The notes beneath the pieces are model-generated. The model worked only from the letters and a program-made list of their open reading frames with translations. It ran no database searches and was not told the origin of the DNA. Positions 6,323 through 13,860 of a DNA stretch of 20,687 nucleotides are shown piece after piece. The DNA comes from an uncultured Polyangiaceae bacterium (GTDB lineage Bacteria > Myxococcota_A > Polyangia > Polyangiales > Polyangiaceae): positions 37,361-58,047 of the forward strand of contig CAYNEK010000026.1 of assembly GCA_964396175.1 (NCBI GenBank), in the 5' to 3' direction. The position numbers were made by a program, and so were the translations under genes. Position 1 is the first letter of the stretch. Each line of letters begins with the position of its first letter.

Positions 6323-8194
6323 ATGCCCAACATCCTCCCCATTCTCGTCGTCGTGGGCGTCCTCGCCTTCGTGCTGCTCGGCGTCATCACGCTCGTCAGC
6401 CGGTTTTATCGGCAGGTCGACCAGGGCAAGGCGCTCATCATCAACACGCTCCGCTCCGAGCCGGTCGTCACCTTCACGGGGGCGGTCGTCTACCCGGTCA
6501 TCAACCGCGCCGAGGTGATGGACATGTCCGTCAAGATCATCGAGATCGATCGACGCGGGAAGGAGGGGCTCATCTGCAAGGACAACATCCGCGCCGACAT
6601 CAACGTCAACTTCTTCGTGCGGGTGAACAAGACCGAGGAGGACGTCCTCAAGGTCGCGCAGTCCATCGGCTGCCAGCGCGCCTCCGACCCGGCGACGCTC
6701 TCGTCGCTCTTCGCCGCGAAGTTCTCCGAGGCGCTGAAGACCGTCGGCAAGCACTTCGACTTCCAAGAGCTCTACAAGATGCGCGAGGAGTTCAAGGACC
6801 AGATCATCAAGGTGATCGGCAAGGATCTCAACGGGTACATCCTGGACGACGCGGCCATCGACTACCTCGAGCAGACGCCGCTCGAGTCGCTCGATCGCAA
6901 CAACATCATGGACGCCGAAGGCATCCGAAAGATCACGGATCTCACCGTCGTACAGAACCTCCAGACCAACGAGCTCCGCCAGAAGGAGCGCATGGAGACC
7001 GGCAGCCAGAACCTGAACGCCGACGAGGCGATCTTCCGTTTCGAGCAGCGGCGCGCCGAGGCGGAGGCCAAGAAGAACAAGGAGATCGCCGTCGCTCAGG
7101 CCCGCGAGGAGAACGAGGGCGCGCGCATCGCGAGCGAGGAGCAGAAGAAGACCGCGCTCGTCTACGAGAAGAACCAGGAGGAGGCGCTCGTCGCCGCCGA
7201 GACGAAGACGCGCGGCGTCGCCATCGCCCAGAAGAACCGCGAGCGCGAGATCGGCGTCGAGGAGGAGCGCGTGCAGAAGGCCCGGCAGCTGGAGGCCATC
7301 CAGCGTGAGCGCGAGGTCGCCCTCGTCAGCATCGCCAAGGAGAAGGACGTCGAGGTCGAGAAGAAGGCCATCGCCGACGTCATCCGCGCCCGCATCGCCG
7401 TCGACAAGACCGTCGCGACCGAGGAGGAGAGCATCAAGGATCTCCGCACCGTCGCCCAGGCGACCCGCGAGAAGGACGTCATCCGCCTCGCCGCCGAGGC
7501 CCGCGCCGAGGAGATCCGCGTCCGCACCGTGAAGTCCGCCGAGGCCGAGGAAGAGGCCGCGAAGTTCGAGGCGCGGAAGAGGGTCTTGCTCGCGGACGCC
7601 GAGCTCGAGACCGCCGACAAGACCGCGCGGGCGAAGCAGCGGCTCGCCGAGGGCATCCAGGCCGAAGAGGCCGCCTCCGGGCTCGCGAAGGCCCGCGTCC
7701 GCGAGGCCGAGGCGGTCGCGATCGAGAAGACCGGGCAGGCAGAGGCCTCCGCCCTCCGCGAGCGCATGGTCGCCGAGGCCGAGGGCCTCACCCAGAAGGC
7801 CAACGCGATGCACGCGCTCGACGCGGCCGGCCGCGGCCACGAGGAGTTCCGCCTCCAGATCGAGAAGGAGAAGGCGGTCGATCTCCGCGCGCTCGACGTG
7901 AAGAAGGAGCTCGCGGTCGCTCAGGCCGAGGTGCTCGGCAAGACCCTCGGCAACGCGAAGATCCAGATCATGGGTGGGGACGGGCAGTTCCTCGAGCGCT
8001 TCGTGAAGGCCGTGTCGGTCGGCCAGTCGATCGACGCCTTCGTCGACGAGAGCAAGACCGTGCAGGGGATGCTCGCCGAGGTCGTGAAGGAGGGCTCCCC
8101 CGCCGCGAAGAAGGTCGCCGAGGTCCTGCGCACCGTCGCCGAGGCCGATCCGAAGCTCCGCGCGAAGCTCGGTGAGACCCCCGCCGATCGATGA
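6323..8194 (+). CDS. Flotillin family (SPFH/Band-7, YqiK/FloT-like) protein, 623 aa: N-terminal TM anchor, SPFH domain, long Ala/Glu/Lys/Arg-rich coiled-coil flotillin region. Start chosen at ATG 6323 (MPNILPILVVVGVLAFVLL...). Its stop overlaps the next gene's start as ATGA (8191-8194).
   Basis: TM MPNILPILVVVGVLAFVLLGVITLV. SPFH core KALIINTLRSEPVVTFTGAVVYPVINRAEVMDMSVKIIEIDRRGKEGLICKDNIRADINVNFFVRVNK. EA-rich heptad region from about aa 240 to 520. C-terminal KIQIMGGDGQFLERF. Confidence 0.88.
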   Translation: MPNILPILVVVGVLAFVLLGVITLVSRFYRQVDQGKALIINTLRSEPVVTFTGAVVYPVINRAEVMDMSVKIIEIDRRGKEGLICKDNIRADINVNFFVRVNKTEEDVLKVAQSIGCQRASDPATLSSLFAAKFSEALKTVGKHFDFQELYKMREEFKDQIIKVIGKDLNGYILDDAAIDYLEQTPLESLDRNNIMDAEGIRKITDLTVVQNLQTNELRQKERMETGSQNLNADEAIFRFEQRRAEAEAKKNKEIAVAQAREENEGARIASEEQKKTALVYEKNQEEALVAAETKTRGVAIAQKNREREIGVEEERVQKARQLEAIQREREVALVSIAKEKDVEVEKKAIADVIRARIAVDKTVATEEESIKDLRTVAQATREKDVIRLAAEARAEEIRVRTVKSAEAEEEAAKFEARKRVLLADAELETADKTARAKQRLAEGIQAEEAASGLAKARVREAEAVAIEKTGQAEASALRERMVAEAEGLTQKANAMHALDAAGRGHEEFRLQIEKEKAVDLRALDVKKELAVAQAEVLGKTLGNAKIQIMGGDGQFLERFVKAVSVGQSIDAFVDESKTVQGMLAEVVKEGSPAAKKVAEVLRTVAEADPKLRAKLGETPADR

Positions 8195-11100
8195 CCGACG
8201 AGGCGAAGCCCGCCGAGCCCGCCCAGAAGGCCGCGTCGGACAGCGGGGGAGGCTCGGTCCTGCGCCGTCGGCGAGAGGCCGCCGCGCGCGAGGTGCTCGA
8301 GAAGGCCCGGGCGCTCGACGAGAAGCGGAAGGGCCTCTTCGGCGGCCAGGAGCAGAAGTTGCTCGGCGTCACGCGGACGCGCACGGAGCAAAACGCCGTG
8401 CCGCGAGACATGGCGCGGGTCGGCGAGACGATCCTCGTCGGGTACGAGGTCTTCCTCGGTCTGTCACGCGAGATCGACGTCGCCCAGGTCTTCGGGCTGA
8501 GCCAGCTCCTCCAGGCGGACGGCGGCTTCGAGCTGTCCCCGGTGCCCATCGCGTCGCACGCGCCTTACCTCGCCGACGAGGCCTTCGTCCGCGACTTCAC
8601 GAGCACCTTCCGCTACGCGACGGGCGCGCGGGTCACGGAGCTTCGCCGCACGGACGAGCGGCTCCTCGTCGTCGTGCGGTCCGGTCGAGACGACGCGGAT
8701 CGCAAGGTCTTCCGCTGGGTCATCGACGGCAAGGGCAACGTCAAGTACCTGGACGCGCGCGGAGAGGAGGATCTCACTCCGCCAGCGGCGCACCCCTTCG
8801 CGTGGAAGCAGACGACGCGCGACGATCAGGTCGGCGGGAAGTTCCCGCACATCGCGATCGACGACACGCTCTTCGTCGAGACGATCGGCGGCGACCTCAC
8901 CGTCAAGATCGAGAACAACACCACGACCGGGCTCGGCGTCTACTCGGAGCCCGTCGACGACCCGAACCAGACGCTCGATGACGCGGACATCGCGTGGGCC
9001 AAGGTGGGCGGGCTCTACGTCGTCAAGCTGCGGCCCTTCCGCGAGACGGTCACGCGCTACCTCGTCTTCGATCCCATCACGAGGTCCATCCGCCGCGTCG
9101 ACGCGCTCGGCGTCGCGTGCCTGCCGCTCCCGGAGGACCAGGGGCTCATCTTCCCGGGCGGGCTCGCCCTGCGCGGGGTCGGGGCCAAGGTGCTCGACGG
9201 CGTCCCGTCGGATCTCATCCCCATCGCGCGCGTCGCGTCGCCCAACGGCGAGGACGTGCTCTTCGCCTTCTTCCGCGAGAAGGACGGGCTCTACCTCCTC
9301 CTCCCGTACAACGCGCTCCGCAAAGAGCTCGCGCCAGCGATCGTCTGTCACGGCTACACGCTCCTCGACGACGGGACGCTCCTCTCCTTCCGCGCAGGGG
9401 ACGAGCCGGCGCGCGTCCACCCCGTGCAGGTCTGGCAGACGCCCTTCGGCTCGGCGGACGCCGAGGCCGATCGACCGCTCACCGGGAGCTTCCTCGAGAA
9501 GATCGGCAACCGCGATCTCGTGCGCGGCCTCGCCGACGCGCTCTCGGTCGGCAAGGCGGGGCTCGTGTGCGACACGCGCGAGCGGCTCCTCGAGCTGGTC
9601 CGCGCCGTCGGGCGCGCCGCCGACTCCCACCACTGGCTCGGCCACGCCGAGGCCGGGGATCTGCTCTCGTCGCTCGTCGCGCTCCGGAGCGCCGCCGAGG
9701 CCGCGATGGACGAGATCGAGCGCGATCTCGCCCTCGCGCGTGAGGCCGAGGCAGAGACCGCGAAGATTGAGGCGGCGATCGAGGCCGGCCTCCACGACCA
9801 CGCACCCGAAGCGCTCCGCGATCTCGACGCGGTCACCAAGGCGCTCGTCTTCGTGCGCTCCCAGCGCGGCAAGCTCGTCGCGCTCGGCGAGCGGCGCGGC
9901 GCGTCCAAGGAGCGCCTCGTCGCGGCGCTCGAGCGGCTGAAGGAGCACGAGGCCGGCGTCAGCAAGACGGCGGCGAGCTTCCTCGCCGAGGGCGAGGCGT
10001 TCGCCCCGCTCTTGAAGGGTTTCGACGCGCTCGAGCGCGAGGCCCAGGGGGTGACGACCGTGCTCGGGCTCGCGCCGCTCCGCGAGGCGCTCGATCGCGG
10101 CGCCGAGGGGCTCGTCGCGTTGCAAGAGCTGTCGGCGGGGCTCGCCGAGGACGACGCGCCGCTGCGGACCAAGATCGCCCAGGGGCTCGGCCACGCGCTC
10201 GCCGCGAAGAACCGCGCCGACGCCGTGCTCACGGGGCGGCGCCGCGAGCTAGCGATGGCGGAGGGGCGCGCCGAGCTCGCCGCCGAGCTCTCGCTCTTTG
10301 GACAAAACGCCGCGGCCGAGGTCGCCCAAGCCGACAGCCCCGAGGCCTGCGACGCCGCGATCGCCCGGCTCGGCACGACGCTCGCGACGATCGAGGCTCG
10401 CTTCGCCGAGCTCGTCGATCTGCTCCCCGGCGTCGAGGAGAAGCGCGAGGAGGCCGTCCGCGCCCTCTCCGACAAGAAGAAGCGGCTCGTCGAGGAGCGC
10501 GCGCGTCGCGCCGAGGCGCTCTTCGAGGCGGCGTCGCGCCTGTCGAAGGTGGTGCTCGAGAAGGCGAAGTCGCTCCCCGAGGCCGACGCCCTGCACGGCT
10601 TCTTCGCCGCCGATCCGATGGTCGAGAAGCTCCGCGGCCAGATCCGCGCGCTCGCCGCGCTGGGTGATGGCGTGCGGTCGGCGGAGCTCGAGACGCGGCT
10701 CGCGGAGGCGAAGGAGGAGGCGTTCCGCGCGCTCCGTGATCGGGCGGATCTCTTCGAGGACGGGCAGCGGCTCATCCGGCTCGGGGCGGCGCGCTTCCTC
10801 GTGCACGAGGGCAAGCCCGAGCTGGTGCTCGTCCCGCGCGGCGATGGGGTCTCGGCGCACGTGCTCGGCACCGATCTCTACGTCCCGGTGCGTGACGAGG
10901 CGCTCGTCCGCGAGCGCGCGCTCTTCGCGTGGGAGGTGCCGTCCGAGACGCCCACGATGGCGCGCGCGGCGTTCCTTGCGGGCTCGCTCCTGCTCGCGCG
11001 AGGAATCCTCACGCCCGTCGACGACTCCGCCATCGACGATCTCGTCCGCGAGGCGGCGATGGCGCGGCTCGACCAAGGCTACGATCGCGGCGTCCACGAC

Positions 11101-13587
11101 GTCGACGCGGCCGCGATCTTCCGCGCGCTCGTCGGCGTCGCGAAGCTCGGCGGGCGGCTCCTCCACCGGCCCGACGTCCGCGCCTTCGCGTGCATGTTCT
11201 TCGCGGGCCTCGCGCCCGAGGCGCGCGAGCCGTGGGTGGTGCGCAGCCGGAGCGCAGGACGGCTCACGCGCACCTACGGCGCCTACGACGCCGAAGAGCA
11301 GCTCGCGAGGGAGCTCTCGGGCGCGCTCCGTGAGGCCGCGGCGTCGCTCGGGTTCGATCCTTCGCTCGCCGAGGAGGCCGCCACGTACCTCGTGGTCGAG
11401 CTCGGTCTCGACGAGCTTCGCTTCGTCCTCTCTGGAGAGGCCTCGGCGCTCTCGCAGGCGCTCCTCGCCGATCTCGACACGCGCGGGGCGCGACGCGCCT
11501 TCGAGGCGGATCTCCGCGCGCTCGACGCGCGCCCGAAGGATCGCCTCGAGGTGGCCGAGAGCCACGTGCGCGCCTTCCTCGCGGCGCGAGAGGACTCCGA
11601 GCACACGCGCTGGGCGAAGGAGGCGGCCGTGTCGCTCGCGACGCCGCGCCTGTCTCGCGCCGTCTCGTCCGCGCGGACCGCCTTCGCCGTCGAGGGGTTG
11701 CTCTCGCTCCACCCGACCATCGAGGGGCGCGCGCTGCGCGGCTACGCGGACGAGCTGCTCGCCGAGGTGCGGCGCCACGAGCGCGACGATCTCCCGAGGT
11801 TCCGCGCCTTCGCCGCGAAGAAGGGCGAGGTGCTGGCGAGCGAGGAGAAGCGGCTCGGGACCAAGGCGTTCGCGCCGCGGGTGCTCTCGACCTTCGTCCG
11901 CAACCAGCTCGTCGACGAGGTCTACCTCCCGCTCATCGGGAAGAACCTCGCGAAGCAGATCGGCGCCGTGGGCGACGGGGCGCGCACCGATCGCATGGGC
12001 CTGCTCATGCTGCTCTCGCCGCCCGGGTACGGCAAGACGACGCTCCTCGAGTACGTCGCCGACCGGCTCGGTCTCGTCTTCGTCAAGGCGAACGGCCCGT
12101 CCCTCTCGTCGAAGACGACCTCGCTCGATCCCGCCGCGGCGCCCGATCGCACCGCGCGCGAGGAGGTGCAGAAGATCGCGCTCGCCCTCGAGATGGGGAA
12201 CAACGTGATGCTCTGCCTCGACGACATCCAGCACACGAGCCCCGAGCTGCTCCAGCGCTTCGTGTCGCTCTGCGACGGGCAGCGGCGCATCGAGGGCGTC
12301 TTCGACGGCGAGCCGCGGACCTGGGACTTGCGCGGCAAGCGCTTCTGCGTGGTGATGGCCGGCAACCCCTACACCGAGTCGGGCGAGCGCTTCCGCGTGC
12401 CCGACATGCTGGCCAACCGCGCCGACACCTACAACCTCGGCGACGTGCTCGAGGGGCGCCGCGAGGTCTTCGAGCGCTCGTACATCGAGAACGCGCTCGC
12501 CTCGCACCCGCTCCTCGCGCCGCTCACCGGCCGCACGCGCGGCGATCTCGACAGGCTGCTCCGGCGCGCGGCGGGCGAGGAGATCGCGGTGTCGGCCTTC
12601 GATCATGCCTTCGGCGAGGCCGAGGTGGCCGAGCTCGAGGCGCTCCTCCGGCACATGATCCGCGTCGAGAAGACGCTCCTCATGGTGAACGAGGCGTACG
12701 TGCGCTCGGCGTCGCAGGCGGACGCGTACCGGACGAGCCCGCCCTTCAAGCTCCAGGGCAGCTACCGCAACATGGCGAAGATCGCGGACAAGCTCTCGCC
12801 CGCCATGACGGCCGAGGAGGTCGAGCGGGTGATCGACGATCACTACGCGAGCGAGTCCCAGACGCTCACGCAGAGCGCGGAGGAGAACCTGCTCGCCCTC
12901 CGCGAGCTGCGCGGGCGCCTCGACGAGAAGGGCAAGGCGCGGCTCGAGGCGATCCGGGCGGCCTTCGTGCGGCGTGTGCGTCAGGGCGGCGCCGAGGCCG
13001 ATCCGGCGACGCGCGTGACCGGCGGGCTCGAGGGGATCGAGACGGAGCTCGCGAGCCTCGGCAAGACACTGACGACGCTCGCGCAGCCCAAGGAGGCTCC
13101 TCCCGCGGCGCCCGCCACCGACGGCGCGCTGAACCTCGCGATGAGGGAGCTCGCCGTCTTGGAGCAGCTCGTCCAGAACATGCCCCCGCCCGCGACCGCC
13201 GCCGCCAGCGACCCGCGAATCGACGAGATCTCCGCGGCGATCCGGCGGGTCGAGGCGTCGTTCTTCACACTGCCGCGCGGCGAGACGACGGACATCGAGC
13301 TCGGCCCCGCGACGGAGTCGAACTTTTACGACGGCATGGGCGGGGTCTTCGTGGACGGCGGGGTCTTCGTCGCGACGTACGCGAAGGCGCCCGCGGTGGG
13401 GGCGCGGGTGTCCTTGCGGCTGGCCTTCCCGGACGGCGTCGTCGAGGCGAGCGGGATCGTCGCGTTCGTGCGCGAGATGCTCGCGGGGGGTGGGATCCCT
13501 GGGTACGGGGTGCGGCTCGCCGAGACGCCGGAGCTTCGAGCGCGGGTCGAGCACTTCACGAGGCTCCGAGCGCCCGACGTCGTGTGA
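8191..13587 (+). CDS. Giant (1798 aa) multidomain protein, translationally coupled to the flotillin gene. It has an N-terminal roughly 450-aa globular region of unknown function and extended Ala/Glu/Leu/Arg-rich coiled coils (about aa 480-1000). A MoxR-class AAA+ ATPase module sits at about aa 1260-1420 (Walker A SPPGYGKTT, Walker B VMLCLDD, sensor region FCVVMAGNPYTESGERFRVPDMLANRA). A PilZ-like domain (TIGR02266-type) forms the C-terminus.
   Basis: Uninterrupted ORF with strong GC3 bias. P-loop at nt about 12019-12045; Walker B at about 12214-12235. The NPxxExG...LPDxLxxRx signature resembles MoxR/AAA_3-AAA_5. The C-terminus has FYDGMGGVFVDGGVFV...GARVSLRLAFPDGVVEASGIVAFV...GYGVRL, like PilZ beta-barrel strands ending in a G-hydrophobic-G motif. 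Confidence 0.8.
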   Translation: MTDEAKPAEPAQKAASDSGGGSVLRRRREAAAREVLEKARALDEKRKGLFGGQEQKLLGVTRTRTEQNAVPRDMARVGETILVGYEVFLGLSREIDVAQVFGLSQLLQADGGFELSPVPIASHAPYLADEAFVRDFTSTFRYATGARVTELRRTDERLLVVVRSGRDDADRKVFRWVIDGKGNVKYLDARGEEDLTPPAAHPFAWKQTTRDDQVGGKFPHIAIDDTLFVETIGGDLTVKIENNTTTGLGVYSEPVDDPNQTLDDADIAWAKVGGLYVVKLRPFRETVTRYLVFDPITRSIRRVDALGVACLPLPEDQGLIFPGGLALRGVGAKVLDGVPSDLIPIARVASPNGEDVLFAFFREKDGLYLLLPYNALRKELAPAIVCHGYTLLDDGTLLSFRAGDEPARVHPVQVWQTPFGSADAEADRPLTGSFLEKIGNRDLVRGLADALSVGKAGLVCDTRERLLELVRAVGRAADSHHWLGHAEAGDLLSSLVALRSAAEAAMDEIERDLALAREAEAETAKIEAAIEAGLHDHAPEALRDLDAVTKALVFVRSQRGKLVALGERRGASKERLVAALERLKEHEAGVSKTAASFLAEGEAFAPLLKGFDALEREAQGVTTVLGLAPLREALDRGAEGLVALQELSAGLAEDDAPLRTKIAQGLGHALAAKNRADAVLTGRRRELAMAEGRAELAAELSLFGQNAAAEVAQADSPEACDAAIARLGTTLATIEARFAELVDLLPGVEEKREEAVRALSDKKKRLVEERARRAEALFEAASRLSKVVLEKAKSLPEADALHGFFAADPMVEKLRGQIRALAALGDGVRSAELETRLAEAKEEAFRALRDRADLFEDGQRLIRLGAARFLVHEGKPELVLVPRGDGVSAHVLGTDLYVPVRDEALVRERALFAWEVPSETPTMARAAFLAGSLLLARGILTPVDDSAIDDLVREAAMARLDQGYDRGVHDVDAAAIFRALVGVAKLGGRLLHRPDVRAFACMFFAGLAPEAREPWVVRSRSAGRLTRTYGAYDAEEQLARELSGALREAAASLGFDPSLAEEAATYLVVELGLDELRFVLSGEASALSQALLADLDTRGARRAFEADLRALDARPKDRLEVAESHVRAFLAAREDSEHTRWAKEAAVSLATPRLSRAVSSARTAFAVEGLLSLHPTIEGRALRGYADELLAEVRRHERDDLPRFRAFAAKKGEVLASEEKRLGTKAFAPRVLSTFVRNQLVDEVYLPLIGKNLAKQIGAVGDGARTDRMGLLMLLSPPGYGKTTLLEYVADRLGLVFVKANGPSLSSKTTSLDPAAAPDRTAREEVQKIALALEMGNNVMLCLDDIQHTSPELLQRFVSLCDGQRRIEGVFDGEPRTWDLRGKRFCVVMAGNPYTESGERFRVPDMLANRADTYNLGDVLEGRREVFERSYIENALASHPLLAPLTGRTRGDLDRLLRRAAGEEIAVSAFDHAFGEAEVAELEALLRHMIRVEKTLLMVNEAYVRSASQADAYRTSPPFKLQGSYRNMAKIADKLSPAMTAEEVERVIDDHYASESQTLTQSAEENLLALRELRGRLDEKGKARLEAIRAAFVRRVRQGGAEADPATRVTGGLEGIETELASLGKTLTTLAQPKEAPPAAPATDGALNLAMRELAVLEQLVQNMPPPATAAASDPRIDEISAAIRRVEASFFTLPRGETTDIELGPATESNFYDGMGGVFVDGGVFVATYAKAPAVGARVSLRLAFPDGVVEASGIVAFVREMLAGGGIPGYGVRLAETPELRARVEHFTRLRAPDVV

Positions 13588-13608
13588 GCGGAGGGGTCGA
13601 GCCAGCTC

Positions 13609-13651
13609 GGCGACGCGAGCGCCCCTCGACGCAGCGTCTCGCGGCGTCGCC
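13609..13651. terminator. Possible stem-loop in the convergent intergenic region: ggcgacgc (13609-13616) pairs with gcgtcgcc (13644-13651), enclosing a smaller cgacgc/gcgtcg hairpin. No U-tract. It could act as a bidirectional terminator for the giant gene and the histidine kinase gene.
   Basis: Inverted repeats read directly in 13588-13860; GC-rich, no downstream T run. Confidence 0.25.
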
Positions 13652-13860
13652 CCTCGTGCGGACGCCCAGGCTCGACGCTGGGGACGCGCGCGGCGATCTG
13701 GCTGGAAGGCGGTCGATCCGGTCGATCGCGAGATCCCAGCCTCGAGTCCGGTGACGCAGGGGGGGCGCGCCTTGGCCGGGGCCGAGCGCCGCCTCTCGCG
13801 CGGACTTCCGGCACGGAGACGCGTCTCGCTCGGTTCGGATCGCTCGACCGACCGGCGCCG

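Noticed and set aside
5435-7840. 801-aa minus-strand ORF and 5750..6322 upstream extension of the flotillin ORF
   Set aside because: It is antisense to the flotillin gene, with a repetitive L/G/D-rich product. The flotillin N-terminal TM anchor starts at ATG 6323.
8464-13554. Minus-strand ORFs 8464..10194, 9354..10871 and 10249..13554, plus assorted plus-strand alternate-frame ORFs inside the giant gene
   Set aside because: They are antisense or alternate frames of a gene with coherent Walker and PilZ motifs. Their products are Arg/Glu/Ser-rich low-complexity sequences.
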